Part shown: positions 36,400-46,963 of the stretch, one piece after another
Position numbering within the stretch: position 1 is the stretch's first letter
Layout: the number at the start of each line of letters is the position of its first letter
The notes under the pieces: model-generated
The model's input: the letters and a program-made list of their open reading frames with translations, nothing else
Databases searched by the model: none
Told to the model about the DNA's origin: nothing
Made by a program: the position numbers and the translations under genes
Source: Clostridia bacterium
Lineage (GTDB): Bacteria; Bacillota; Clostridia; Oscillospirales; CAG-272
DNA: 64,000 bases
Direction of reading: 5' to 3'
Assembly: GCA_017462545.1 (NCBI GenBank)
Contig: JAFTQX010000027.1
Coordinates: 30,331 to 94,330 of the forward strand

Positions 36400-36696
36400 A
36401 TGGCAGAGACTACGATCGGTATCAAGGGCAAATTCCTTGAATATAAAGGAAAGCCTCTTGTTCGACAGGATGACGAGTTGTATTACGGCAACATGTCTGA
36501 CAAATTTATTCTTTTTCTCATGATTATGAACTACAAGGAGGATGCCAAGCTTCACGCAAAGGTTCCCGGCAAGGTAATGGTACAGATCATCCCGACTGAC
36601 GGAAGCCAGAAGATTGAAAAGCAAGGCATGGCAGACGGACTTTACGAGGCGCTGGATCTCGGCAGCGCATGGCTTGAGCGCGCAAATCGCGTATAA
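36400..36696 (+). CDS. hypothetical protein (98 aa)
   Basis: AAAGGAG RBS before ATG 36400. No recognisable motif. Confidence 0.5.
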   Translation: MAETTIGIKGKFLEYKGKPLVRQDDELYYGNMSDKFILFLMIMNYKEDAKLHAKVPGKVMVQIIPTDGSQKIEKQGMADGLYEALDLGSAWLERANRV

Positions 36697-36752
36697 CCAT
36701 ACCGAGAGGAAAAATAAAATAGCGGTTTATATAACCCAAGGAGGTATCCGTA

Positions 36753-37883
36753 TTGAAGTCGCATCAAAAAAACGCGGCTTACAGATGCGCGACGGTTATA
36801 TTGTCTGCAATTTTAGTCATAGCATCTCTAAGCATGACCGGTTGTTCTTCTTGTCAATCACTCATTCCCAACCGTGACCCACAGCCTGACGACACTACCA
36901 TTATTCAGCCTGAAAACACGGACCAGAACAATTCCCAAGAGCCAAAGCCTGAGGATGAGCCTAAAGAAGACAAGCCTGTTTTGCCGAGTTACTATAACCC
37001 GCTTACAGGGCTGGCGTCCGAGACGGATTTGTCTCTCGTCCGCCCTGTTGCTATTTGTATTGGTAACACGGCATCTGCTTTATCCCCATTCGGTTTACAC
37101 ACGGCCGAAATTGTTATTGAAGCCCCGGTTGAAGGCGGTGCTACAAAATTAACGATACTGACCAGTACGTATACCCATGCAGCTCAGCTTGGTGCTGTAG
37201 GGGTAACACGCAGATATCTGCAATCCTTTGCGGCGGCATTCGGTGCTGTCAATGTTTGCGCGGGGACCAGCGATATTCTCCAAAGCGCGGGAAGCTCACC
37301 TTTTCCTGCTATTGATTACGCAGAGGGGGGACTTTCTACCGTTTTCTTCCGCAACGAAGAAATACCGGATGCGCTCTTCACCTCTGGCACAAGGTTGATC
37401 GGCGCTCTTGAAAACTTTGAAAAGTTTGGAGCCAAGCTTCCCTTTTCGTTTTTGCCGTACGGTACTGCAGCTGCCGTCAGCGACCAAACAGCCACGGGTG
37501 TTGTCATTCCCTATTCTGACACGCATGTCACGCAATTTGCCTATGATAAAGACGGGCAGAGATACATTTGCTCGCAAAACGCAGCAATGCAAGCCAACGG
37601 AACAAACGAGGCGCTCGCGTTTACCAATCTTCTGCTGCTGACATGTGAAAGCTCTATTCATCACAAGACAACAGGCACAGAGTTTGAATTGAATACCGAA
37701 AACGGCGGCACAGGCTATTATGTCTCGCACGGCAGTTATATCGAAATTTCTTGGTCGATTGATGAAAATGGTGCTCTGCAAATCACCGACAAAGATGGCG
37801 CAACGATTGTATGCAATCGCGGCAACACCTATATCGGACTGATCGATTTAGCAGAAAGCAGTTCCCTGCTAATTATTAAATGA
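36753..37883 (+). CDS. DUF3048 (YerB-like) lipoprotein
   Basis: Lipobox LSMTGC, a Pro/Glu/Asp-rich linker, then NPLTGL......RPVAICIGN typical of DUF3048. The TTG start has GGAGGT upstream. Confidence 0.75.
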   Translation: MKSHQKNAAYRCATVILSAILVIASLSMTGCSSCQSLIPNRDPQPDDTTIIQPENTDQNNSQEPKPEDEPKEDKPVLPSYYNPLTGLASETDLSLVRPVAICIGNTASALSPFGLHTAEIVIEAPVEGGATKLTILTSTYTHAAQLGAVGVTRRYLQSFAAAFGAVNVCAGTSDILQSAGSSPFPAIDYAEGGLSTVFFRNEEIPDALFTSGTRLIGALENFEKFGAKLPFSFLPYGTAAAVSDQTATGVVIPYSDTHVTQFAYDKDGQRYICSQNAAMQANGTNEALAFTNLLLLTCESSIHHKTTGTEFELNTENGGTGYYVSHGSYIEISWSIDENGALQITDKDGATIVCNRGNTYIGLIDLAESSSLLIIK

Positions 37884-37884
37884 T

Positions 37885-37915
37885 AAAAACGGTCTCCCAT
37901 AGGGAGACCGTTTTT
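37885..37915. terminator. bidirectional terminator
   Basis: aaaaacggtctccc-ata-gggagaccgttttt. Confidence 0.85.
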
Positions 37916-37929
37916 ATTATAATTAAAAA

Positions 37930-40173
37930 TTAAATAAGATGATATTCCTTACCGGCGATTGTTTCTTGCTCAACAAGCTTATCGGCAAAGCGAAGCGCAA
38001 GGCGATTGCCAAGCAAGGAACGAACGGTCAGCTTTGTCAGTGTACCATTTTTCCAAGCCGCATCAATAACAAAGCCCCCGCGCGCACGGAAACCACGGAA
38101 AGAACCTTCCTTCCATGCTGCAGGACAAGCGGGCAAGACGCAAATGGCATCCTCATGGCTTTGCAGCAGCATTTCTGCGATTCCTGCAGTTGCACCATGA
38201 TTTCCATCCATTTGGAAAAAGACGGTTGGATGATGATCGAACAGATTTCGATACGTGCCATGCTGAAAGAGGTTCTTCAGCATTTCATAAGCACGATCAC
38301 CCTTTAAAAATCTGGCAAAGAAGCAAATGATCCAGGCATTGCTCCAACCTGTGTGCCCACCACCGTTTTCCAGGCGACGGTTGATGGACACTTGTGCTGC
38401 CTCAAACAGATTGGGCGTTTTCTCTTTTGTGATCAAGGCTGCAGGATACACCCCATACAGATGCGACATATGGCGGTGGCCCGGTTCGATCTCGTCATAA
38501 TCCTCTTGCCATTCAAGCAGCTGACCATGCTTACCGATCTGGAAAGGCGGCAGCTTTGCGCGGGCAGCACGCCATTTCTCTGCCAGATCAGCATCCTGGC
38601 CCAATATTTCAGCACAAGAGATCGCGTTATCAAACAGCTCAGCAATGATGGAATTGTCCATCGTTGGGCCGGCACACATCGCAATGGCCTCTCCGCTTAC
38701 AGGATCGATATAACGGTTTTCGGGAGAATTGGAAGGTGCCGTCACCAGACACCCGTTGTGCGGATCGGTAACCAAGAAATCCAAGAAGAAGATCGCACTG
38801 TCTCGAATGAGCGGATAATATTTTTGCAAGAACGCAGCATCGCCTGTATACAAATAATGTTCATATATATCGCGGCAGCACCATGCCCCCGCGCAAGCAA
38901 AGGCGCCCCATGAGGGGTGATTGCCGGGAGCGGTAAAGCCCCAGGGATTAGCAATGGTATGGGCTACCCACCCACGGCAGCCATACTGAACCTTGGCTGT
39001 TTTTTCGCCGTGCTCGGCCAGGTCTTCGATATAATGAAAATAAGGCTCCATATATTCTGTAAGACCCAGGATTTCCGCATGCCAGTACATCATCTGTAAA
39101 TTGATATTGATGTGAAAATCCGCGCTCCATGGCGGCGTGCAGTCCTTCACCCAGATTCCCTGTATGTTGGCAGGCAGCTTTCCGCGAGACGAAGACATCA
39201 GCAGGTATTTTCCAAAGTGGAAATACAAGGCGGCAAAGGAAACATCTTCTTCTCCACGGCAAATCGCTTCCAAGCGTTCATCAGTCGGAACGGCAGAACG
39301 ATCCGCGCCACCGAGATCAAGCACAGCACGCTCCATTACCTCGCGGTGTGCGGCAACATGCTCCTCATAGATCTTATCAAACCCCGCCTCACGAGCCAAA
39401 CGAATACGCTCACGGCATTCTTCTTCCGGCGATTTTGTGGTTTTATAAGAGGTTGCAGTAGTAGTGTAGATATAAAAACGTGTGGTAGCATGGGTAAAAA
39501 TACCGGCAGCTTCAGAATCTGCCCCTCCCTCTGCTACACTTTCGGGTGCTACAACAGAAACGACGGTACAATAGGAGCTCGCCCCCTCACCGACAAATGC
39601 GCCGCGCGCTACGATATTCCCCTGCGATTCATACATGACATCCGCATTGGGCCGATCAAAACGAACCTTCAACCGTTCGGGTGCTTTGCAGACGATCTCG
39701 GTAGCCGTAACTCCATATTTTTCCGAGACGAGATGTCGACGTGTATGCGTGCCGAAGTGTACGGTTGCTACACCATCAAATATGTCCAACTCACGCCGAT
39801 AGTGACTGCTGTCAACAACAGGCTTGCCGATCATCTGAATGGTGACATCTCCCGCCGTTTGATAGGTGCCATACGGTGCATCCGGCGTTTTCCAATTATC
39901 GCTTCCTTTTTTGCAAACAAGATATTTGATGCAAAGTGCTTCTGCCTCTTTGGCTTTGCCGGCAAACAGCAGCCTTCGCATTTCCTCCAAATACTCAAGA
40001 CATTCGGGATTATCATTGTCGTGGGGGCGGCCTGACCACATCGTCTCTTCAGATAACTGCAACCGTTCTGTCTCGACACCGCCAAACACCATCATGCCCA
40101 AAGCGCCGTTGCCGAGTGGAAGTGCCTCCTCCCATGCAGCTGCAGGCCGACGATACCAAACCTTTCTTTCCAT
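37930..40173 (-). CDS. GH95 family alpha-L-fucosidase, cytoplasmic
   Basis: N-terminus W.EALPLGNGALGMMVFGGVETERLQLSEETMWSG and NINLQMMYW block; 747 aa; no signal peptide. Confidence 0.85.
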   Translation of the reverse strand: MERKVWYRRPAAAWEEALPLGNGALGMMVFGGVETERLQLSEETMWSGRPHDNDNPECLEYLEEMRRLLFAGKAKEAEALCIKYLVCKKGSDNWKTPDAPYGTYQTAGDVTIQMIGKPVVDSSHYRRELDIFDGVATVHFGTHTRRHLVSEKYGVTATEIVCKAPERLKVRFDRPNADVMYESQGNIVARGAFVGEGASSYCTVVSVVAPESVAEGGADSEAAGIFTHATTRFYIYTTTATSYKTTKSPEEECRERIRLAREAGFDKIYEEHVAAHREVMERAVLDLGGADRSAVPTDERLEAICRGEEDVSFAALYFHFGKYLLMSSSRGKLPANIQGIWVKDCTPPWSADFHININLQMMYWHAEILGLTEYMEPYFHYIEDLAEHGEKTAKVQYGCRGWVAHTIANPWGFTAPGNHPSWGAFACAGAWCCRDIYEHYLYTGDAAFLQKYYPLIRDSAIFFLDFLVTDPHNGCLVTAPSNSPENRYIDPVSGEAIAMCAGPTMDNSIIAELFDNAISCAEILGQDADLAEKWRAARAKLPPFQIGKHGQLLEWQEDYDEIEPGHRHMSHLYGVYPAALITKEKTPNLFEAAQVSINRRLENGGGHTGWSNAWIICFFARFLKGDRAYEMLKNLFQHGTYRNLFDHHPTVFFQMDGNHGATAGIAEMLLQSHEDAICVLPACPAAWKEGSFRGFRARGGFVIDAAWKNGTLTKLTVRSLLGNRLALRFADKLVEQETIAGKEYHLI

Positions 40174-40177
40174 TACA

Positions 40178-43100
40178 TTATCCTTTCTTTATACGAAGCG
40201 TTACAATCTCGAAGGGCTTGATGGTTATATCGACACTATTGTTACAAATCGCAATAGGTGCGCCTTTCTCTTCCATCAAATTGCAAATCTCTACCGACGC
40301 AACCGCAAAGCCAAATGTAATATGGCAGACCGAACGCATATTCTTGGCGTCATACATACGAACGATCAGATCCTCGCCATCCTCGCTTTCCTTCACCGTT
40401 TCCATGATTACATTTTCACGATTGCACGAAATCGTGGAGTAAATTTCGGGCAGATTACCATCACCATCCATGCCCTTGCACACCGTCATGGGGAGATTGA
40501 GGTTATAGGCATGGCGCAAGGTATCGGCTGCTGTCAAATTGCCGGCATGTGGATAGATCGAATAGGTAAAATCATGTGCCCCCTGATCTGCAACAGGATT
40601 GGGGTAAGTCGCGCACTTAAGCAGCGTCAATTTCATCACACCATCATGAATGTTGTGCCCATATTTACAATCATTCAGTAAGCTGACACCGTAGCCGTTA
40701 TCCGAAAGATCGGCATATTTATGGCCGCACACCTCAAACTTCATAGCATCCCACGATGTATTGGAATGGGTGGGGCGTTCTACCGTGCCAAACTGCACCT
40801 CATAGGTAGCATGATCGGCGTTTACATCCACCGGGAACTCAGCTTTGAGGAATTGGTGCTGCTCATGCCAATCAAGATGTGTTTCAAAATCAATTCTGTC
40901 TAGATCTTGATAGAACCAAATCGTTTGCGTTACGGTACTGGAAAGATGAGGTCGAACAAGGCGAATACCAACGCGTGCTCCTTCATCAACCGTCTCATGC
41001 GATGTATATGCCGTCAACGGGTAGCCCTTATCCTCGTGATAAGCACTCATTTCCCATCCATCCCAATTGTAGGGATAGTCCTGATAAATCATCAATCGGT
41101 TGCCGATCGATCCATCCGTCAGCACCTCGCGCGCGTTTTTCTTATCAAACAAGCGGACAATCTCATAGTTCTCATTAAACGAGACCGAGAAAAATGGTGT
41201 CTCAATGTTTCTGCCGCTGATTAAGATGCTGTTTTTCTGTTCCTTGAGATCGATCACCTTGTAGCCCTTGGCGGGAATACCAGTTACATAGTATGCTTGA
41301 CCGTCTACTACCACAATATCGTTGTTTTCAAAGGAGTGTGGATTGAAAACAATGTATCTGCCTTCTGCCTTGATTTTTTCTGCAATTGAAGATGCTGCGG
41401 CGCTTATGGCATTCTCGCCAATCGCGCGGATTCTTTTATACATTTGATCGCAATCATCATACACCTCGCGAATAGAAGAACCGGGAATGATATCGTGAAA
41501 TTGATTGGTCAGAATGTCCTCCCAGCCTTCGTGCAGCTCCTCCTTCGGGTATGGCAGACCGGTCAGCAGCTTGGCCATAGAAGAAAGCCATTCAGCGCTT
41601 TGATATAACTGCTCGCTCTTACGATTGTTACGTTTGTTTTTGCCAATGCCTGTCAGCGTGCCGCGGTGCAGCTCAAGGTACAATTCCCCGCGCCATTTCG
41701 GTACGCTCGGATTGTTTTCCATCTTTCGTGCCAACCGCGCCAACGCGTTGCTTGGAAATTCACTCTTGCCATTCGGGCAGCCGGGAATGCCGTAGGCTGT
41801 GCGGCGCAGCATCTCAATATGCTCCTTGGTAGGGCCACCACCGCCGTCACCATAACCGTAGGTCAGGATGGCTTCATTATTGATATCCTTTTGCTGGTAA
41901 CGGTGATAGGTGCCGGCAATCATTTTGGCATCGGTCGTTCCCACATAGGTCGTATATCGCTCCGGCCCGCGACCGCGATACTGCATTTGCGGCGTAAGGA
42001 AATACGCATTGATTTCCGTACCGTCAATGCCCTGCCAACGGAAGGTATCGTAGGGCATCTGGTTGCATTCATTCCAGCTGATCTTGGAGGTGACAAACCA
42101 ATCGACCTCGCTCTTGCGCAAGATCTGTGGTAAGGCAGCCGAATAACCGAACACATCGGGCAGCCAAAGGATGTGGCTGTCCACACCAAATTCCTGCTTG
42201 AAGAAACGCTTACCGTACATCACCTGACGTACAAGGCTTTCACCACTTGTCAGGTTGCAGTCCGCCTCTACCCACATGGCGCCTTCGACTTCCCAACGCC
42301 CGGCAGCAACCATCTTTTTTATTTCTTCATAAAGCTCAGGTGCCTCTTCCTTGGCATCCTTATAAAGAAGCGCTTGGGAGGACATGAATTTGTATTCCGG
42401 ATACCGCTTCATCAGCTCGACGACGGTAGAAAAGGAGCGTTGTACCTTCTCCTTCGTCTGTGCCAATGTCCAAAGCCAAGCACAGTCAATATGCGTGTGA
42501 CCAATACAGATCGTGCTGGCCTCTTGTTTTTTGCAGTATTTTTCATAAAATTCCTTCTGCATATACCGCTCGGCAGCCTCTACGGATGCGTAGAACGCAT
42601 CCGACGGCACGCAAAGCAGATCTAGCAGATCGACAGCCTTGCTCAAATGCTCGAGCGTGGTGGCATACGCCAAGGAATTGGTATCGAGAAACTCAAGAAC
42701 CTGCAGCGGTACCAGTAGATCGTAATACAGTTTTTCCACCAAAGGATTAGGCGTATAAAGCGAAACGTGAAGCTCTACCGTCGGGATGTTTTGGCCGGTG
42801 TACGCATAAATGTATACATCGAAATCATCCTTCCCATCTAACAAAAGGTCAGTGTGATTCGTATCCAGCCCCTGCTGCATTTTGCCATCTACATACGCAA
42901 GAAACTGTGGATTGAGACAGGCGCGATCCGTATGCTCACTGGCAATGCTGAGGTGTAGCTCCTCTCCCTTCATCGCTTCGGGTCTTGTCACATGAACATA
43001 AAACCAGGCATGGCTATCGTTTCCTGTGCCCCAAGTGCCGTTCATATCGTACGGCACAAATTCTGAAAGCGGAGGCGGCGTGTTGCCCTGCTTATAGCCA

Positions 43101-43207
43101 CAGGGGCAGATAAGCACCTCACCAACCGACGCGCGGCGACGCACACATTGCGGCTGCAGCACCTTCAACAGGGTTTTGACCTTTTCGTAAGTAAATTTGT
43201 ACTTCAC
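40178..43207 (-). CDS. GH38 family alpha-mannosidase, cytoplasmic
   Basis: GHTHIDCAWLW, LWLPDVFGYS and LHRGT motifs; 1009 aa; no signal peptide. Confidence 0.9.
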   Translation of the reverse strand: MKYKFTYEKVKTLLKVLQPQCVRRRASVGEVLICPCGYKQGNTPPPLSEFVPYDMNGTWGTGNDSHAWFYVHVTRPEAMKGEELHLSIASEHTDRACLNPQFLAYVDGKMQQGLDTNHTDLLLDGKDDFDVYIYAYTGQNIPTVELHVSLYTPNPLVEKLYYDLLVPLQVLEFLDTNSLAYATTLEHLSKAVDLLDLLCVPSDAFYASVEAAERYMQKEFYEKYCKKQEASTICIGHTHIDCAWLWTLAQTKEKVQRSFSTVVELMKRYPEYKFMSSQALLYKDAKEEAPELYEEIKKMVAAGRWEVEGAMWVEADCNLTSGESLVRQVMYGKRFFKQEFGVDSHILWLPDVFGYSAALPQILRKSEVDWFVTSKISWNECNQMPYDTFRWQGIDGTEINAYFLTPQMQYRGRGPERYTTYVGTTDAKMIAGTYHRYQQKDINNEAILTYGYGDGGGGPTKEHIEMLRRTAYGIPGCPNGKSEFPSNALARLARKMENNPSVPKWRGELYLELHRGTLTGIGKNKRNNRKSEQLYQSAEWLSSMAKLLTGLPYPKEELHEGWEDILTNQFHDIIPGSSIREVYDDCDQMYKRIRAIGENAISAAASSIAEKIKAEGRYIVFNPHSFENNDIVVVDGQAYYVTGIPAKGYKVIDLKEQKNSILISGRNIETPFFSVSFNENYEIVRLFDKKNAREVLTDGSIGNRLMIYQDYPYNWDGWEMSAYHEDKGYPLTAYTSHETVDEGARVGIRLVRPHLSSTVTQTIWFYQDLDRIDFETHLDWHEQHQFLKAEFPVDVNADHATYEVQFGTVERPTHSNTSWDAMKFEVCGHKYADLSDNGYGVSLLNDCKYGHNIHDGVMKLTLLKCATYPNPVADQGAHDFTYSIYPHAGNLTAADTLRHAYNLNLPMTVCKGMDGDGNLPEIYSTISCNRENVIMETVKESEDGEDLIVRMYDAKNMRSVCHITFGFAVASVEICNLMEEKGAPIAICNNSVDITIKPFEIVTLRIKKG

Positions 43208-43225
43208 GCTTCTTTCTCCAATCCT

Positions 43226-45019
43226 TTATAAAACGTTTACAGTAGCAACCGAGGACCAAACGCGGGGATTATGCCCCTTGTACGGCAAAATCTCCTCCTC
43301 CAGCTCGGGGATGCCAGGCACCTCTCCATCTAAATATTCGCGCAATATTTTACGGCAGGAAACGATTCTTTGCCGCAAAGCACCCAATCGAATATCCTGT
43401 ACGTCAAACCCGTGCGGCTTGTTTTCCGCCATCCACTGTGCACGAAAATCCTCCCACAAGCGATCAAGCCGTCGCACTAGCTTATCGCAATCGGCAAGGC
43501 AAGCGGCAAGTGCATCCTGATCCTGATTTTGATATGCCGTTCGCAGACGGAGACCGAAATTGTATTTGATCTGTAAGAAGAGTACAAGCGAGCGATACAT
43601 ACGGAAAATATAACCATACTTCTCATTTTTGGCGCACCTTGTTACAACAGGAAGAACGGCATTCAAGCCGTCCTTGGTTCTTTGGTCGTCAAAGCGAGCA
43701 TATCTGTCCAAAATTCCAAGAAGCGGATCGTTATAGATCAAATTCGTAGCAGGATTTATGGTGTCGTTTAAATGATTTAATGTGTTAAGGGCCATGAAAT
43801 CATTGTAGTACATGTTCGTCAATGCACCAAAAAAGTCAGCAACCTTTTCTCCATCCGTCTGTTCATATGCGGCAGAAGCGGTATAGACCAAACCGGGCAA
43901 CAGCGCATATAGCGAGCACTCGCTGCCGTTATCTCCCCAAACCGTAGCGATCATGTGCTTTACGCCATGCTGAATGCAGGACCGAACGGCGGGCGCGGTT
44001 GTCAGGATAGATTTATCATTGGTCGGAGCAAAGCCATAGGTACGAGACGAGCTGCTTGCGAACCAAATCTCACGATGAAACTTTTGATGGGAACGGATCA
44101 TGGCATCATAGGACTCTTGCTTGCTATGATAATAATCCCAATAAACCAGCTCAATATCTTCAGGCAGATTCTCAAATATGCGTTCCGGAATCTCACAGGT
44201 CCCCGTATTCAAATAATACTCTCCGTGGTTGGCAAGGCGGAAAAACATATCGCTCCACATGCTTGGCTGATAGCCATATTTCCGCGCGATCTCACATACA
44301 CGAGCAAGATGCTTGGCAAGGATCTCAAACCGATCGTGGTAACCGTTTTGATCTAAATACTTACCAAGTCCGACCATATGTGCCTCGTCCATGCCGATGT
44401 GGATGCGCCGAGACCGCAGACATTCCGAAAGAGATGCAAACATCCGATCAATCAGCTCATAGGTCTTCTCTTCCTCGCACAGCATGATATCATTACAATC
44501 ATGCACGGGCGAATACACGCCCCAATGGAAGATGGAATTGAGGTGTGCAAGCGTTTGCATGCAGGGCATCAGCTCAATACCGAGTTCAGCAGCATAAGCA
44601 TCTAGCTCCTTTAGCTCTGCCTTACTGTATCTGCCACGCAAGTAGCCAAAGTACGGCTCTCCGTCAATCTCATAGGTATCCTCGGTATAGAGCTGCAGCA
44701 TGTTATAGCCCATCAGTGCAAGCATACGAAGCAAGCGTTTGGTATTTTCAACTGTGAGAACCGCATTGCGCGAGCAATCGATCATGACACCAAGCGTTTC
44801 AAAGCGACAAAACTCCTTGTGCGTATAAGCACTTGTCGTTCCAAGCTGCTTTACCAGCACCAAGCCTCTTGCCAGATCAACGGGTGCTTGATAGGTCAGC
44901 GTCGCATGGGTACCGTCGCAATGGATCTCAATACCGTCCCCCCCTTGCAGGATGGTAAGATTGTTCGGCATTTGCCAGTTAATTTCTTCCAACAGGCTCC
45001 GGATCATTTCTTGTTTCAT
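43226..45019 (-). CDS. GH20 family beta-N-acetylhexosaminidase (paralog A), cytoplasmic
   Basis: MIDCSRN, RIHIGMDEA (Asp-Glu catalytic pair), WSDMF. AGGAGGA RBS precedes ATG 45019; the listed 45061 start is an extension. Confidence 0.85.
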   Translation of the reverse strand: MKQEMIRSLLEEINWQMPNNLTILQGGDGIEIHCDGTHATLTYQAPVDLARGLVLVKQLGTTSAYTHKEFCRFETLGVMIDCSRNAVLTVENTKRLLRMLALMGYNMLQLYTEDTYEIDGEPYFGYLRGRYSKAELKELDAYAAELGIELMPCMQTLAHLNSIFHWGVYSPVHDCNDIMLCEEEKTYELIDRMFASLSECLRSRRIHIGMDEAHMVGLGKYLDQNGYHDRFEILAKHLARVCEIARKYGYQPSMWSDMFFRLANHGEYYLNTGTCEIPERIFENLPEDIELVYWDYYHSKQESYDAMIRSHQKFHREIWFASSSSRTYGFAPTNDKSILTTAPAVRSCIQHGVKHMIATVWGDNGSECSLYALLPGLVYTASAAYEQTDGEKVADFFGALTNMYYNDFMALNTLNHLNDTINPATNLIYNDPLLGILDRYARFDDQRTKDGLNAVLPVVTRCAKNEKYGYIFRMYRSLVLFLQIKYNFGLRLRTAYQNQDQDALAACLADCDKLVRRLDRLWEDFRAQWMAENKPHGFDVQDIRLGALRQRIVSCRKILREYLDGEVPGIPELEEEILPYKGHNPRVWSSVATVNVL

Positions 45020-45034
45020 ACAAATTCCTCCTAT

Positions 45035-45051
45035 AAACGGTAGTACCGTTT
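45035..45051. promoter_or_regulatory. 17-bp perfect palindrome between the GH20 paralogs (operator-like, GGT-N3-ACC core)
   Basis: aaacggt-agt-accgttt sits immediately upstream of the paralog A RBS on the minus strand, with no T-run. Confidence 0.4.
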
Positions 45052-45123
45052 CAGACATCATACCACAAAGTCAGATGTCCGCGCCGTCTCATTTTCTCTT
45101 TTGCTTGCAGAATTTTATCTATA

Positions 45124-46929
45124 TTAAATCGGGTTAACAGAGGCGATCTTATTCCATACACCGGTATACGGGCAAACCTCGGGGAGGATTTCTTCTTCCA
45201 ATTCAGCAATTTTATTCAGTTTTCCAGCCAAATATTGGCGCAATATTTCGCGGCAGCTCTTAATTCTCTGCGCAAGTGCCCCTAGGCGAATATCCTGCAC
45301 ATCAAACCCGTGCGGCTTTCTTTCACATACCCACTGCTCACGGAAGGTAACAATAAACCGATCAAGCAGCCGAAGCATTTTATCACACTCGTCAAGGCAG
45401 GTTTCAAGGCCAACGCGATCGTTTTTCTGATACGCAGCCCGCAGGCGGATTCCAAAGTCAAACTTGATCTGCAGTAGCAGACCAAGTGCCTTTTGCGTAC
45501 GGAACAGATACCCAAACCGTTTGTTCTTCGCAACACGATTGAGCAACGGAATGGCCGCGGCCAGTTTTTCCGTCACGACTGCCCTGTTCTTTTCAATCAT
45601 ATCATCATACTGCCCAAGCAGTACGTCGTTATAGAGGAAGTATTTCGCAGGAGCAGAGCCGCGCTCGTTATGTAGGTAAAGCTTATTCAGCGATTCAATC
45701 GCCATGTAGTCATCAAAACGCACACCGGTTAAGGTACGGAAGAACCGCTTGGCCCCCTTCATGCCATAATGGCCGTAAGCGATAGAGGCGGTATAGGCAA
45801 GCGTCGGCAGCACGGAAAGCAGCGAGCATTCGCCGCCGTTATCCCCCCAGGCAGTTGTAAAGAAGTTACGAATATCGTTGCGAATGCAGGATTTTGTCGC
45901 CTCTGCCGTTGCACCAAGCGAATTGGTATTATCCGGTGCAAATCCACACCAGCACCAAGCACCGCCTGCAAACCACACATCACGACCAAACAGCTTATGC
46001 GCGTTGTTCATTTCGTCGTAATCCTTGCGGTTATCATGATAATAATCCCAATAAACAAGAGCAATATCTTCAGGCAGATTCGCAAATACGCGTTCCGGGA
46101 TCTCACATTTTCTGCCATCCAGATAATAATCACCATGGTTGGAAAGACGGAAGAACATATCGCTCCACATCATGGGGTGGAAACCATATTTCGCAGCCAG
46201 CTCACATACGCGAGACAAATGCTTGGCAATAATATCAAACCGATCATAGAAGCCGTTTCTATCCAAATACTTACCAAGGCCGACCATGTGCGCCTCATCC
46301 ATACCAATGTGAATACGGCGGCTGCGGAAGCTATCGGCAAGGGAGGCAAACATGCGATCAATCAAATCGTAGGTCTTCTCTTCCTCGCACAGCATAATGT
46401 CATTACAATCGTGAACGGGTGCATAGGCATTCCAATGGAAGATAGCAGCAAGGTGCGCAAGCGTTTGTATACAGGGGATCATTTCGATCCCCAGCTCTGC
46501 TGCATAGGCATCAATTTCACGCAACTCGGCGCGCGAATAACGGCCACGCAGATAGCCAAAATACGGCTCGCCATCTACCTCATAGGTATCTTCGGTGTAA
46601 AGCTGCACCATGTTATAGCCCATCAATGCCAACAGGCGCAGAACGCGCTTAAGCCCGTCTACGGTAAGGATCGCATTGCGAGAGCAATCGATCATGATAC
46701 CAAAGGTATCAAATGCGCACTTCTCTTCATATGTATACGACCGATTGGATCCGTACTGCTTAGCCAGCACAAGACCGCGTGCAAGGTCAACGGGAGTCTT
46801 ATAGGTCAAGGTCAGACCCTTTCCGTCCGACATGAGATGAATGCCATCTCCCCCTTCCTTGATGGTGATGTTTGCGGGCATTTGCCAGTCCAGCTCTTCC
46901 AGCAATTGGTTTAAGAGAATGTTGTTCAT
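45124..46929 (-). CDS. GH20 family beta-N-acetylhexosaminidase (paralog B), cytoplasmic
   Basis: Same motifs as paralog A. About 82% identity over a 121-aa core stretch counted by hand. GGAGAAAAC lies before ATG 46929. Confidence 0.85.
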   Translation of the reverse strand: MNNILLNQLLEELDWQMPANITIKEGGDGIHLMSDGKGLTLTYKTPVDLARGLVLAKQYGSNRSYTYEEKCAFDTFGIMIDCSRNAILTVDGLKRVLRLLALMGYNMVQLYTEDTYEVDGEPYFGYLRGRYSRAELREIDAYAAELGIEMIPCIQTLAHLAAIFHWNAYAPVHDCNDIMLCEEEKTYDLIDRMFASLADSFRSRRIHIGMDEAHMVGLGKYLDRNGFYDRFDIIAKHLSRVCELAAKYGFHPMMWSDMFFRLSNHGDYYLDGRKCEIPERVFANLPEDIALVYWDYYHDNRKDYDEMNNAHKLFGRDVWFAGGAWCWCGFAPDNTNSLGATAEATKSCIRNDIRNFFTTAWGDNGGECSLLSVLPTLAYTASIAYGHYGMKGAKRFFRTLTGVRFDDYMAIESLNKLYLHNERGSAPAKYFLYNDVLLGQYDDMIEKNRAVVTEKLAAAIPLLNRVAKNKRFGYLFRTQKALGLLLQIKFDFGIRLRAAYQKNDRVGLETCLDECDKMLRLLDRFIVTFREQWVCERKPHGFDVQDIRLGALAQRIKSCREILRQYLAGKLNKIAELEEEILPEVCPYTGVWNKIASVNPI

Positions 46930-46963
46930 AGTTTTCTCCGTTTCAAAAAAATTCATCACCTGT

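Noticed and set aside
39112-40681. 307-aa, 271-aa and other + strand ORFs antisense to GH95/GH38
   Set aside because: They are shadow frames. The minus-strand proteins match the GH95 and GH38 signatures end to end.
45769-46914. 381-aa + strand ORF antisense to GH20 paralog B
   Set aside because: It is a shadow frame. A similar but broken set of ORFs lies antisense to paralog A, as expected for a non-coding strand.
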